NCBI GenBank assembly: GCA_038734945.1
Contig: JAVYOA010000009.1
Span: 124,001-188,000 of the forward strand
Reading direction: 5' to 3'
DNA: 64,000 nt
From: Fervidicoccaceae archaeon
GTDB taxonomy: Archaea > Thermoproteota > Thermoprotei_A > Sulfolobales > Fervidicoccaceae
Notes under the pieces: model-generated
What the model was told of the DNA's origin: nothing
The model's database searches: none
The model's input: the letters and a program-made list of their open reading frames with translations, nothing else
Made by a program: the position numbers and the translations under genes
Part shown: piece after piece, positions 19,276 through 29,408 of the stretch
How the letters are laid out: every line of letters starts with the position of its first letter
Position numbering within the stretch: position 1 is the stretch's first letter

Positions 19276-21108
19276 TTGAGAGTAGCAGTAATAGATCAAA
19301 CCCTATGTAGACCTGACAAATGTAGCTTGGAGTGCATAAGGTTTTGCCCTGTGAACAGGGGAAGAAGGGGAGTGAAGGCTATAGAGATGAGCACAGAGAC
19401 AGGAAAGCCGATAATATATGAAAGCACATGCATAGGATGCGGGATATGCGTAAAGAAATGCCCATTTTCAGCAATAAGTGTGGAGAACATTCCTGATGAG
19501 TTAGAAAAAAGGACTCTACATAGGTTCGGAAGGAATGGGTTTAAGCTTTTTGGCCTTCCAGTTCCAAAGGAAGGGGAGCTAATTGGCATTCTCGGAAAGA
19601 ACGGTACAGGCAAGACAACAAGCATTAGAATTTTGGCAGGGGAAATCATACCAAATTTCGGAAATCCTGACTCTAAACCTTCCCCGAAGGATGTTCTAGC
19701 GCGGCTTAGAGGAACAGAAATATATCAATATTTTTCTAAGCTCTATGATGGCAAGCTAAAAGTCGCTCATAAAATCCAGAACATCGAGATAGTTTCAAAA
19801 AGGCTGAAGGGAAAAGTCGGAGAACTTTTGGAAAGAGCCGATGAAAGAGGAGTATGGAAGGATCTGGCAAAGCAATTCAACTTATCTAGCATCCTGGATA
19901 GAGAAGTAGAGAAGCTCAGTGGAGGAGAACTCCAAAAACTCCTTATAACAGCAGTTCTTTCCAAGAAGGCCGATGTCTATATTTTCGACGAACCCAGCAG
20001 CTTTCTCGATGTAAGGGAGAGGATAAATGCTGCTAGGCTCATAAGAGAGATGATTCCCAAGGAGTCCTATGGTTTTGTTATAGAGCACGATCTGGCAATT
20101 TTGGACTACATTTCCGATTCTCTCGTCTTGATGTTCGGTGAGCCTGGAGTTTATGGAATTGTTTCCAAAGTATATTCTTCGAGATCAGGAATAAACAACT
20201 TTCTCGATGGATATCTGCCTGCTGAGAACATGAGAGTGAGAAAAGAATCAATTCGCTTCCATCTTTCCGATCGTCCTATACAGCTATCTCTAGCTACTGA
20301 AATTTATTTCAACTGGGGGCCTTTCTCCGTAGATCTCGGAAGCTTCAAGCTTGAAGCCGAAGGAGGAGAGATCAGGAGAGGAGAGGTAATAGGAATACTT
20401 GGTTCTAATGGAATAGGAAAGACTACATTTGTTGGAAAGATAGCACAGATGCTTGGTGAGAAATTGGGAGCAGAAGCAGGTGGGATAACCTTTAGCTATA
20501 AGCCCCAATACGTCAGTTCGGAAAGCTTCGAAAGAAGCACGGTGGCAGAGAATTTACTCCAAGCAAATGCCTCATCTATGACTCCAGACAGCTGGATATT
20601 TGAGGAAATCGTAAGGCCCTTTGGCCTCTATAAACTCAGAGACAGAGATGTTCATGAACTGAGTGGAGGGGAACTTCAAAAACTAGCTGTAGCTGTCACG
20701 CTGGCAAGAGAATCCCAAATATATCTGCTCGATGAGCCGAGTGCATATCTGGACGTTGAGGAGAGGCTGGCTGTAGCAAAAACCATAAGAAGACTAACTG
20801 AGGCAAGGGGTATAGCTGCCTTCGTAGTTGAGCACGATCTCTCTATTGTTGACTACATTTGCTCTAGAATTATTGTCTTTGATGGAAAACCTGGAATATA
20901 TGGGAAAGCAAATAAGCCAATGGGGCTCAGGGATGGAATGAATAAGTTTCTGAGAGATCTGCAGATAACATTCAGAAGAGATCCAGTCACGGGCAGGCCA
21001 AGGATAAATAAAGAAGGAAGCTACATGGATAGAGAACAGAAGAGAATTGGAGAATATTATTATCTTCCTGCGGAAGGAACAATTATTAGCAGGGAAGAAG
21101 AAGAATAA
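19276..21108 (+). CDS. ABCE1/RLI1 ribosome-recycling ATPase
   Basis: N-terminal 2x[4Fe-4S] (CRPDKC..CIRFCP, CIGCGICVKKCP), two NBDs with LSGGELQ, TFRRDP.TGRPRINK. Confidence 0.96.
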   Translation: MRVAVIDQTLCRPDKCSLECIRFCPVNRGRRGVKAIEMSTETGKPIIYESTCIGCGICVKKCPFSAISVENIPDELEKRTLHRFGRNGFKLFGLPVPKEGELIGILGKNGTGKTTSIRILAGEIIPNFGNPDSKPSPKDVLARLRGTEIYQYFSKLYDGKLKVAHKIQNIEIVSKRLKGKVGELLERADERGVWKDLAKQFNLSSILDREVEKLSGGELQKLLITAVLSKKADVYIFDEPSSFLDVRERINAARLIREMIPKESYGFVIEHDLAILDYISDSLVLMFGEPGVYGIVSKVYSSRSGINNFLDGYLPAENMRVRKESIRFHLSDRPIQLSLATEIYFNWGPFSVDLGSFKLEAEGGEIRRGEVIGILGSNGIGKTTFVGKIAQMLGEKLGAEAGGITFSYKPQYVSSESFERSTVAENLLQANASSMTPDSWIFEEIVRPFGLYKLRDRDVHELSGGELQKLAVAVTLARESQIYLLDEPSAYLDVEERLAVAKTIRRLTEARGIAAFVVEHDLSIVDYICSRIIVFDGKPGIYGKANKPMGLRDGMNKFLRDLQITFRRDPVTGRPRINKEGSYMDREQKRIGEYYYLPAEGTIISREEEE

Positions 21109-21110
21109 AA

Positions 21111-21439
21111 TGGGAGCCGGACACCGCTAGCGGCTGACGGGGTTCAAGCCCTGAGGAAACACCGTCCTCCCGGCGGCAGTGGGGCTCCTGAATGGAGCGG
21201 GGAGAGATTCCCCGGCAACGGAACAGAAACGAGACGGCTCCGAGATATATGAAGATGAGGCTCATAAGCGCAGCGGCGACGCTGCGGGGAGCCTATGAAT
21301 CTCGGATGACCGATGAAACGGCCGACCCCCACGGAGCAAGGAGCTCTGTCGATGAGCTGCCGCCTGAGACAGAGCTGATCCGCTTAGCCGAATGCCGCTG
21401 AAACTACAGAAGACGGGTTACAGCGGGATCCGGCTCCCA
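21111..21439 (+). ncRNA. rnpB: RNase P RNA
   Basis: P1 TGGGAGCCGGA/TCCGGCTCCCA; CR-I GAGGAAACACCGTC pairs with CR-V ACAGAAGACGGGTTA (P4); ACAGAAA, TGAAA and GGAGCAAG conserved segments. Confidence 0.93.
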
Positions 21440-21487
21440 AACATTCATTCTCGAATTGTTTGGCTTGGAAAAAGATATATAGGTCAG

Positions 21488-21515
21488 GTGTGAAAAAAAT
21501 AGAAAAAAGTAATAC
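21488..21515. promoter_or_regulatory. Candidate NikR operator GTGTGA-N16-TAATAC
   Basis: One mismatch per half-site from E. coli GTATGA-N16-TCATAC, exact 16-nt spacer; lies between TATA (about 21475-21481) and the cbiM/nikM start; nikR is in the same operon. Confidence 0.65.
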
Positions 21516-21529
21516 ATTGGCGGCTTATC

Positions 21530-22183
21530 ATGCATATACCCGATGGATATCTAAGTGTAGATGTTTGGGTTGCTTGCTATCTCATCTCCCTTCCAATTAT
21601 TGCTTACTCATATGTTAAGCTCAGGAAAAAGCTGAAGGAAAGCAGTTCTAGCATACCTATGTTCGGCGTACTGACAGCGACTGTTTTTGCTCTCCAGATG
21701 GTCAACTATCCGCTTGGCCCAGGAGGTACAACTGGGCACCTCATTGGAACACCTCTCCTCTCAATAATATTCGGTCCAGAAGCAGGCATAGTAGGCCTCT
21801 CTATAGTGCTCCTTATCCAAGCCCTACTATTTGGGGATGGAGGGATCACCACCTTTGGAGCAAATGCCCTAAATATGGCAATTATTGCCTCGCTTATCTC
21901 ATTTTATACATATATCCTGCTCAGGAAGTTCTTGAAGAAAGAAAGTGAAATAATTGTTTCTGGTGCTATTTCTGGATGGCTAGCAATAGTTGCAGCGGCT
22001 CTTGCATGCGGTCTTGAGCTCGGATTATCTCAGAGCACTTTCGGGTATAGTCTGCAAATTACCTTGCCAGTGATGGGCATTTCCCATGCTGTTCTTGGAA
22101 TTGTTGAGGGAGCAATTACTGGTTTTGGAGTCTATGCCTTCAGCAAATATAAGCCAGAAGTCTTTGTGAGGCGAGACTCATGA
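21530..22183 (+). CDS. cbiM: ECF Ni/Co transporter S component CbiM/NikM
   Basis: N-terminal MHIPDGYL, GTTGHLIG, QALLFGDGGITTFGAN. Confidence 0.93.
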   Translation: MHIPDGYLSVDVWVACYLISLPIIAYSYVKLRKKLKESSSSIPMFGVLTATVFALQMVNYPLGPGGTTGHLIGTPLLSIIFGPEAGIVGLSIVLLIQALLFGDGGITTFGANALNMAIIASLISFYTYILLRKFLKKESEIIVSGAISGWLAIVAAALACGLELGLSQSTFGYSLQITLPVMGISHAVLGIVEGAITGFGVYAFSKYKPEVFVRRDS

Positions 22184-22464
22184 GGAGAGATAGGCAAGTA
22201 CTAATCATCTTAGCCTTTGCTGCCATAATAACCGGATCCACCATGCTTTCCTTCTCATATGAGCCTCTAGACGTCGTTTCAGAGAGGCTGAACCTTGCAC
22301 AGGAAAGCCTCTTTCAATCCCTATTTCCCGACTACACTGTTCCAGGTCTACCTCAATGGCTTGGAGGTATAATAGCTGGAGCAATAGGAATGCTAACTGT
22401 CTTAATCATTACGCTCCTTCTGATGAGGGTAGGCAAGCATGGAGGTAGTAAAGAAGCTCAGTGA
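22180..22464 (+). CDS. PDGLE-type accessory subunit (NikN-like)
   Basis: Two TM helices flanking EPLDVVSERL..FPDYTVPG. Confidence 0.75.
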   Translation: MRRDRQVLIILAFAAIITGSTMLSFSYEPLDVVSERLNLAQESLFQSLFPDYTVPGLPQWLGGIIAGAIGMLTVLIITLLLMRVGKHGGSKEAQ

Positions 22465-23161
22465 GCTTATTGAGCTCATGTACCTCTGCGAAAGACCGAA
22501 GAGAAGAATATTCAGCGAGGTCGAGTCAGCTCTGCTTGCTATAGTTTCACCAGTTTTGGTTGTGCTCTCCAAAGGAGCAGCATTTCCTCTGTTGATAATT
22601 CTGCTTTCAATAGCTCTCTCTATCATGGTAGGAGAAAAGTTTCTCAGGTTCTTGAAGAGCACACTCTTCTTCATTCCTCTCTTCTCTCTGGCAATAGCAA
22701 TACCTAGAGCATTTCTCGAGCCATCATATGGTCTATCCGGGGCAGCCATATTCACATTGAGGGTCTGGGCCGCACTATCTATTCCCACACTCATAGCTAG
22801 AAGCTACGGGATTCCATACATTTCCATAGGACTTGCTTCATTAGGCCTTCCGAAAGACCTCGCCATGCTCATTTCAATATCTTCCATTGATATCATAACC
22901 TCGGCGAGAATAATCTGGAATTCAGCTCTTGCCTTAGCTTCAAGAGGGGCTCCAAAGCTTGGAATCAGAGAGCTGGGATACTTTGCTGGATATCAGCTAG
23001 TGAGAGGATATGAGAGAGGAGAAAGAGTTAACATGGCCTTCATCATGAGAGGAGGAGAGGAAACAGTGAGGAAATCTGTGCTTTCCATAAAATTCACTCT
23101 GTTAATGTTATTACTTCTTTTCTCTTTCATTGTTCTTGGTGTCATATTTCCTGTATTCTAA
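22439..23161 (+). CDS. cbiQ: ECF transporter T component CbiQ/NikQ
   Basis: Hydrophobic; ASRG and RGERV..A..MRG motifs; operon context. Confidence 0.8.
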   Translation: MEVVKKLSELIELMYLCERPKRRIFSEVESALLAIVSPVLVVLSKGAAFPLLIILLSIALSIMVGEKFLRFLKSTLFFIPLFSLAIAIPRAFLEPSYGLSGAAIFTLRVWAALSIPTLIARSYGIPYISIGLASLGLPKDLAMLISISSIDIITSARIIWNSALALASRGAPKLGIRELGYFAGYQLVRGYERGERVNMAFIMRGGEETVRKSVLSIKFTLLMLLLLFSFIVLGVIFPVF

Positions 23162-23180
23162 ACCAGAAGAGCTGAGAACC

Positions 23181-23858
23181 ATGGAGTTGATTGCAGAGCT
23201 GAGAGACATATACTATTCATATCCAGATGGAACAAGAGCCCTCAATGGAGTGTCACTTGAGATTAGAAATGGTTCTCGCCTCTGTTTAACAGGTCCGAAC
23301 GGCGCGGGGAAGAGCACACTGCTTTTCGTTCTAGCATCCTTGATTTTCCCCCAAGCAGGTGAGCTCAGAATCTTTGGAGAAAAAGTTGAAAGGAACAATG
23401 CAGGGAGCATCAGAAAAAAGATAGCCCTCCTCTTTCAAAATCCCGATGATATGCTTTTCAATCCAAGTGTTCTTGAGGAGGTAGCCTTTGGTTTGATAGC
23501 AAGAGGAATGGAGAGAGAGGAGGCCCTCAGCAGAGCGGAAACTGAGCTGAAGAGACTAGGAATTGATAATCTCAAAGATAGAATTCCCCACAGACTCAGT
23601 TTTGGCCAGAGAAGGCTTGTATCGCTGGCATCCGTTCTTGTTCTAGAACCAACCCTTCTTCTTCTTGATGAGCCAACCAGCAATCTCGATGAGAAAAACA
23701 AAGCAAAGATGATAGAACGAATAAATGGATTTTTGAGAGAGAAAAGGGAAGGCAATTGGGCAGTTGTTATAGCAACACAGGACAAAGAAATCACTGAGAT
23801 ATGCAATGAAAGAGCATATATGGAGGATGGAAAAATATTATATATTGAGGGTCATTGA
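23181..23858 (+). CDS. cbiO: ECF transporter ATPase CbiO/NikO
   Basis: YSYPDG, GPNGAGKST, FQNPDD, LSFGQ, LLDEPT; start set at MELIAE. Confidence 0.88.
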   Translation: MELIAELRDIYYSYPDGTRALNGVSLEIRNGSRLCLTGPNGAGKSTLLFVLASLIFPQAGELRIFGEKVERNNAGSIRKKIALLFQNPDDMLFNPSVLEEVAFGLIARGMEREEALSRAETELKRLGIDNLKDRIPHRLSFGQRRLVSLASVLVLEPTLLLLDEPTSNLDEKNKAKMIERINGFLREKREGNWAVVIATQDKEITEICNERAYMEDGKILYIEGH

Positions 23859-24262
23859 CTATGTCCCGCAGATTTTCAGTATCTTTCCCGGAAGGCTTGC
23901 TAGAGGAGCTCGAGAGAGTTTCTGAGTCTGAAGGAATAAGCAGGTCAGCAGCTCTTCAGAGGTCGGCTGAAATGTATATAGCCTCTAGGAAGTGGATGAC
24001 AGCTGAGGGAAAGATAGCAGGCGTTACTGTAATACACTACGATCATGAGGCAGGAGGGATAGAGGAGAAGCTCACAGACATCCAGCACGACTTCATGGAT
24101 GTAATAATTTCTGCCTTGCACATTCATTTGACGAAGAACGAGTGCATGCTCATCATAGCTGTGAGGGGGAATTCAAACAGAATAAGAGAATTCGTCGATG
24201 GCATCTCCAAGCTGCACGGGATCAAGAATTCACAGTTCTTCCCCGTTGCCCCACTTTCCTGA
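23855..24262 (+). CDS. nikR: Nickel-responsive regulator NikR
   Basis: RFSVSF ribbon-helix-helix, SRS, YDH, QHDF, HIHL....C. Confidence 0.9.
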   Translation: MTMSRRFSVSFPEGLLEELERVSESEGISRSAALQRSAEMYIASRKWMTAEGKIAGVTVIHYDHEAGGIEEKLTDIQHDFMDVIISALHIHLTKNECMLIIAVRGNSNRIREFVDGISKLHGIKNSQFFPVAPLS

Positions 24263-25103
24263 TATCCCAGAGATCCTCATATTCCAGCAAAATTTTCGGC
24301 AGAGCAGATTTTACCTCATAAAGGCACTCAAACAAGCAATTCCTAGAATCATTGTCAAGAAAAGACATGAAAGATATATTAGGATCTCCTCCCCCTCCTG
24401 CTTCCCAGTTTAATCTTCCAAACAAAAAGCTTTCTGCTTCAACAAGATCCTTACCCAAGAGCGGTGATTTTTTGAAACAGGGATGTTCTCTCCACAATCC
24501 TCTTAACTGCTCTCTAAGATAAGCAACATTTCCTCCTCTATCGCTTTTCTTTCCCCTTCTTAATATTCCCGTTGAAAAGAGAAATATCAATAGAAAGACT
24601 AGGTCGCTCATCTTGTTTTTCTCTGAGATGAAGTGCTGGACGGCGATGATTCTCTCAGCTGCCGATCCATTCTTCAACATCTTCTCTGCTATTTCCTCAA
24701 TGCTCCTTGAGGTAAGTGAAAAAAGCATAACTCTTCTGAAGGGTGTGGGAAGGAGAAGAGAGAGGAATGGCAAAATGCAAACCTTAGTTTCCGAAGGACA
24801 CTTCTGCTTTTGTATTATTTCCAGTATTGGAAGCAGCTTCACTTCTATTGCTCTTATCCCTCTCAAAAATGGTGAATGGACTTCAACTGGTTCTATGAGT
24901 CCCATCCACTGCAGGGTTCTCACCCACAGCATAGCTCTGGAGTACCCATACGAGCCCTCCAGCATTTTTAGAAAATCTTCAGTTGAGACAAGGAGCGAGG
25001 AGCTTAATCCCATGAAATCCCTGAAAGGAAGAATCTGCAGTGCAGGGGATCTAGGGAGCTTGCCGCCCCTAACTTCAGGTGAGCGCAACGGAGGAAGAAG
25101 CAA
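24222..25103 (-). CDS. Hypothetical protein
   Basis: 293-aa ORF directly after the MBL-fold gene; no recognised motif. Confidence 0.55.
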   Translation of the reverse strand: MLLPPLRSPEVRGGKLPRSPALQILPFRDFMGLSSSLLVSTEDFLKMLEGSYGYSRAMLWVRTLQWMGLIEPVEVHSPFLRGIRAIEVKLLPILEIIQKQKCPSETKVCILPFLSLLLPTPFRRVMLFSLTSRSIEEIAEKMLKNGSAAERIIAVQHFISEKNKMSDLVFLLIFLFSTGILRRGKKSDRGGNVAYLREQLRGLWREHPCFKKSPLLGKDLVEAESFLFGRLNWEAGGGGDPNISFMSFLDNDSRNCLFECLYEVKSALPKILLEYEDLWDIRKVGQRGRTVNS

Positions 25104-25104
25104 T

Positions 25105-26166
25105 TCAGTCCTCCTCTTTGGTTCCCTGCATTTTGGGCATAACAGCTGCCTCTAATCCTAACCTTCTCTTTACAGCCCTAGCGAAGGACTCAGCTATCTC
25201 AACTGATGTCCTATATCCATCAATTATTAGAGATTTAGGTCTTGCCTCCTCCACGTAATACATTGTATCCTCAAAGTCAGCATGGTCGCTCAGCGCTACT
25301 ATCCATTTCTCGCCTCTGCTGTTCTCATAGATTTTCTTGAGGGGAGAGAGGAAGAACCAGCCAGTGAGTGTGATCTCAGAATGATTGGGAAGCATAACTC
25401 TCCTTGAATTGCTGTGCATCATGTAAATAAACCAGCCATCCCTCAACAGCTCTTTTCCCTCAATCGAGTTCTCCGAGAAATAATTTCCAATCCTCATTCC
25501 AAATTTTTCTGCCATTTTTGTGAGCCCGTATACCTTCTCCGGCATTATGAAAGGAGCCTCAATTCCAAATTTTCTAAGTATGTGCATGGCCTCCTGCAGC
25601 TTTCCATGATAGCCCCTAACCACTAGGGGCCTTCCTTTCGATAAAAGATCCAGAACTAAATCGCTGAAAAGAAGATCTACTTCGTTCTTGAATGGCCTTA
25701 CCATGCTTTCACTCCCATATGTGGCATCGATGATTAGAGCATCGAGCTCGCTCATTATCTTAGTACCAGGAAATTTGAAGTCGCTCGTGTAGCCAACCCT
25801 CCTCCCATCAGATGTCTCAACGAGAATTTGCGCACTTCCCAGAACATGAGAGGATTTTACAAGCGTAAGCGCTTCATCGCCGAACCTAATAGTCCTACCA
25901 TAATCAACAGGAAGAAGCTTCTCATCATGAAGCGAATGTCCCATCAAGATAAGAGCCTCAATCGTTGGGGGAGTAGCAACTATATGGGAAGCGAACTTCT
26001 TGCTTTTAGAAAGGTTAAGCGCATGATCACTGTGGAAGTGAGATACAACTCTGATCGCCCTCCATGCGAAGGAGTCCACTTCAAACATTTTTCCGAGCAA
26101 TATTGCTCCGGTCTCGCTTACTTCGGCATCAGCAGTTGTCCTTAGTTCAACCAAAAGAGCTCCCAA
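25105..26166 (-). CDS. MBL-fold (beta-CASP-like) nuclease
   Basis: SHFHSDH, HVLGS, YTSDF, DATYG, LSDHAD. Confidence 0.85.
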   Translation of the reverse strand: MGALLVELRTTADAEVSETGAILLGKMFEVDSFAWRAIRVVSHFHSDHALNLSKSKKFASHIVATPPTIEALILMGHSLHDEKLLPVDYGRTIRFGDEALTLVKSSHVLGSAQILVETSDGRRVGYTSDFKFPGTKIMSELDALIIDATYGSESMVRPFKNEVDLLFSDLVLDLLSKGRPLVVRGYHGKLQEAMHILRKFGIEAPFIMPEKVYGLTKMAEKFGMRIGNYFSENSIEGKELLRDGWFIYMMHSNSRRVMLPNHSEITLTGWFFLSPLKKIYENSRGEKWIVALSDHADFEDTMYYVEEARPKSLIIDGYRTSVEIAESFARAVKRRLGLEAAVMPKMQGTKEED

Positions 26167-26277
26167 ACTTTTTCATTATCACTGAAACTTATAATCTTAT
26201 ACGCCCATTGATCTCTTGTTAACATTTTAGAACTTTCTACTTTGGAACACCTATTTTCAGCATTTCTGCATTTTTAC

Positions 26278-26318
26278 CAAACTGAAAGCCTCGTCCTTTA
26301 GGGCAAGGAGGAGGTCAG
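26278..26318 (+). mobile_element. Solo IS200/IS605 end hairpin (copy A, 41 bp)
   Basis: TTTAC|caaact GAAAGCCTCGTCCTTTAGGGCAAGGAGGAGGTCAG; homologous to copies at 42501 and 49554. Confidence 0.75.
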
Positions 26319-26331
26319 ATGGAGCATTTGC

Positions 26332-27069
26332 TTAGCTGATTTTATCCATTGGTATGAGAATCTTTTTGTCATCTACATATAGGGTCTTGAAAACCACTCT
26401 GTAAAGCTCCTGCAATAAGTTTTCATTCAAAATTTCATCGATTCTCATTGGTCCCAGAACAGCTTTCTTTCCCATCAAAATTCCATAATCACAAATAAGA
26501 GAAGCATCCCAGATATCGTGAAGGCTCAATACGATGAGCTTCCTAGCTTTCTCCTCTCTGAGAATCCTGTAGAGAGAGAACCTAGCTCCTATGTCAAGAT
26601 GGCCATTAGGCTCATCGAGGAAGAGGTATGGAGCATCTGAAGCTATGGATGATGCTAGCAGAATCTTCATTTTCTCACCAGTGCTAAACTGCTCAAACTC
26701 TCTCTCTAGATCCACATCTGATTCCAGTTCTCTGAGCAGGTTGGAAACCCTATCCAGAATTTCCCGCTTCCATTCTCCGTACAGCAGTCTCCTCTCATTA
26801 GCAGCTAGAAGAGAGAGAGCAGCATCTCCTCCACGCATTCCTGGAATGCTCGGAGGATCTGGAGGAACATATAGAGACTTTGCAGGGGGGTCTTTTTCTA
26901 CTGACCCAGAAAGGAGGGGGAGCGATCCTGATAGAGACTTCAAAATTGTGGTTTTTCCTGAGCCATTTGGTCCAAGAACACAGTAGATTCTACCACCCTT
27001 CAGCTGCATTTCCAAGTTTCTATAGATGGGAAAAGAATAGCCAATGCTTCCTTTCAGAGAAATCAGCAT
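26332..27069 (-). CDS. ABC ATPase (FecE/BtuD-like)
   Basis: GPNGSGKTT, FSTGEK, FLDEPN, SLHD. Confidence 0.85.
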   Translation of the reverse strand: MLISLKGSIGYSFPIYRNLEMQLKGGRIYCVLGPNGSGKTTILKSLSGSLPLLSGSVEKDPPAKSLYVPPDPPSIPGMRGGDAALSLLAANERRLLYGEWKREILDRVSNLLRELESDVDLEREFEQFSTGEKMKILLASSIASDAPYLFLDEPNGHLDIGARFSLYRILREEKARKLIVLSLHDIWDASLICDYGILMGKKAVLGPMRIDEILNENLLQELYRVVFKTLYVDDKKILIPMDKIS

Positions 27070-27077
27070 TTTTCAGA

Positions 27078-28082
27078 TCACCCTCTCATGCTCCTTACGA
27101 GGAGGAATAGGAAAAAAGGAGCTCCTAAAATGCTCATTGCAATCCCAACTGGAAGTTCCGAGGGCATGAAGGCAATTCTCGATGCTACATCAGCAGATAT
27201 GAGGAGGAGGGGTCCCAGCAAAAATGATAGAGTTGAAACAGCTCCTGGGTCCCCACCAACAATTATCCTCGAAACATGTGGGATTATTAGTCCAACAAAT
27301 CCAATCGGTCCAACAGCAAGAGTAACCAATGAAATGCTTATGCTGGAGACAACAATGCTCTCTTTCCTCACATTCCTCACGTTTATGCCAGAGGAGAGAG
27401 CAAGATCTTCTCCTATCATCAACTTTCTAAGGGCGCCGACTCTCAAATAGATATACGAAGCTATTATGACAAGGCTAACCAGGCTCAAAAGGACAGTTTT
27501 TTCATCGGAAAATTGAAGCGAACCGAGAACGAAGGCAATCCCACCTCTAGAAAGAGCCGGTTCCATGAGGAGTATTATATATGAAATCGAAGTCATCATG
27601 GTTGAGATCATTACTCCGGAGAGGGCTATGATGAGAATTCTGAACCCTCCTAGCTTGCTGATCCCATAGATGAGTCCGGCAGCAAACAATGAGAAGATAA
27701 AGGAGAGAGCAGGAGCTACATACATCCCAATTTCCATTGATACTATGTAGCCCAAAAGGGTTCCAAGCATTGCTCCAGATGAAATTCCAAGTATACTTGA
27801 GTCCACCAGCGGATTAACAAGTATAGTCTGCAGGATCAGACCATTGAGGGAGAGCACTGAAGCGGATAGAAAAGCCGTTATTGTTCTGTATATTCTAAGC
27901 TCAAAAATAGGATCAGTAGTTTTCCATCTACTTATTGGGAGAATTCCCGAAGATCCTACTAATATGCTCATGAATAAAACTGGGATCAGAAGGAAGAATG
28001 AAATTGCCAAAAAAATAAACAGCCTTCTTTTCTTATCCCTCAAATACTCAAAAAGGGATTTCTCCAATTGGTATACCCTCAC
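27078..28082 (-). CDS. FecCD/BtuC family permease
   Basis: NPLVDSSILGISSGA, GPIGFVGLIIPH, ELPVG, GAPFF. Confidence 0.9.
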   Translation of the reverse strand: MRVYQLEKSLFEYLRDKKRRLFIFLAISFFLLIPVLFMSILVGSSGILPISRWKTTDPIFELRIYRTITAFLSASVLSLNGLILQTILVNPLVDSSILGISSGAMLGTLLGYIVSMEIGMYVAPALSFIFSLFAAGLIYGISKLGGFRILIIALSGVMISTMMTSISYIILLMEPALSRGGIAFVLGSLQFSDEKTVLLSLVSLVIIASYIYLRVGALRKLMIGEDLALSSGINVRNVRKESIVVSSISISLVTLAVGPIGFVGLIIPHVSRIIVGGDPGAVSTLSFLLGPLLLISADVASRIAFMPSELPVGIAMSILGAPFFLFLLVRSMRG

Positions 28083-29284
28083 TTTGCCGAAGTCATATTG
28101 ATGACCATTTCAAGCGTTAAATCGTTAGGTACTGCAGTGACGTTGTATAAATCGGGATGGAGAATTAGAGATAGTGCTAGTTGAAGCTCAGCAATTCTGG
28201 GACCTGGCCTTGAGGCAATGTCATTAAGCTCTCCATGAAGCATATAAACTTTGCCATCCTTTACAGCTTTGATGCTTTCTCCCCCAGGCTGAGTTCTGGC
28301 CCAGCTCAGAAATTGGGAAGCATTGGAGAAGCCGCCAGCATATTCGGAGAGAACAATGACATCTGGATTTGCTTTGATGACCTCCTCCCAAGAAATCATG
28401 GGCCAGGCTTGCGATATATTTTCCAGAGCATTTCTTCCACCAGAAAGTCCTATAATGTCATTCCAAAAACTTCCTCCTCCAGCAGCAAAGATTGGATTGA
28501 TCCAAACAACATACATGATACTTGGCCTAGTAGTAGTTTTCGATGCAACTAAACTATATTGTCCCAAAATTCTCTGTTTCAATTCATTCACGAGATTGAG
28601 AGCATCTTGGAAGTGGTTGGTTATCTTGCCCAAAAGAAGTGTTGCTGAGAATATGTCATCAATGCTCTCTGTCCTGAGGGAAATTGAAGTGATGCCCATC
28701 TGAGATAGCTGATATATGAATTTATACTGGACTCCCGTGGTTCCTATGACTAAATCTGGCTTTAAGGAAATGACTTTTTCCAAACTTATGTCTGAGAATC
28801 CTCCTACCCTCTCTATTGTTCCATTCTTCACCAGATCACCTATAATTGGAGGATAGTTCGAGTAATCATCAACTCCAACAATATATGAACTAGCATTGAT
28901 TGCGAAGAGAATTTCCGTTATGCTTGGTGCTATTGAGACAATTCTTTGTGGTTGTTGTGTTATGAAAACTGTTCTGTTCAAAGCATCATAGACTTGAATT
29001 GGATATTTTAAGCTAGATACCTCGCTTGATAGTTGATCAATTTTCTGGGTGAGGCTCAGGTTCAGGCTCTGAATAGTAGAGCTCAAGCTCTGTATTGCTG
29101 ATACGGAATTGCTTGCCGATGAGAGCTGGGAGGATATATTGAAAAGCTGCTTTTCAAACGAGTCCAAGGCATTTCTTATGGAATTGCTTGAGGCATAAGA
29201 CTCGTAAGCAAGAAATACAGAGATTCCAGAGAGCAAGAGAGCCAGTATGAGTATGGAAACAATAATCTTGTTTTGCGTGTTCAA
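28079..29284 (-). CDS. Helical-backbone substrate-binding protein (BtuF/FhuD-like) with Ser-rich coiled-coil spacer
   Basis: PQRIVSIAPSITEILFA, VGVDDYSNYP, RPGPR. Confidence 0.85.
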   Translation of the reverse strand: MNTQNKIIVSILILALLLSGISVFLAYESYASSNSIRNALDSFEKQLFNISSQLSSASNSVSAIQSLSSTIQSLNLSLTQKIDQLSSEVSSLKYPIQVYDALNRTVFITQQPQRIVSIAPSITEILFAINASSYIVGVDDYSNYPPIIGDLVKNGTIERVGGFSDISLEKVISLKPDLVIGTTGVQYKFIYQLSQMGITSISLRTESIDDIFSATLLLGKITNHFQDALNLVNELKQRILGQYSLVASKTTTRPSIMYVVWINPIFAAGGGSFWNDIIGLSGGRNALENISQAWPMISWEEVIKANPDVIVLSEYAGGFSNASQFLSWARTQPGGESIKAVKDGKVYMLHGELNDIASRPGPRIAELQLALSLILHPDLYNVTAVPNDLTLEMVINMTSAK

Positions 29285-29408
29285 GCTTGATCCCTGGTTT
29301 CAATAACCATATACATATATTTAAATTTTTTTCCAAATACAAGAAAACCACAAGAATTTAGCCATCTTCAATTAAAACCTGGAAAAATTCCAGCAGTTAG
29401 CCTTTCTG

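Noticed and set aside
21144..21401. Short ORFs on both strands (21144-21332, 21192-21401)
   Set aside because: They lie within the RNase P RNA gene and are chance ORFs in GC-rich sequence.
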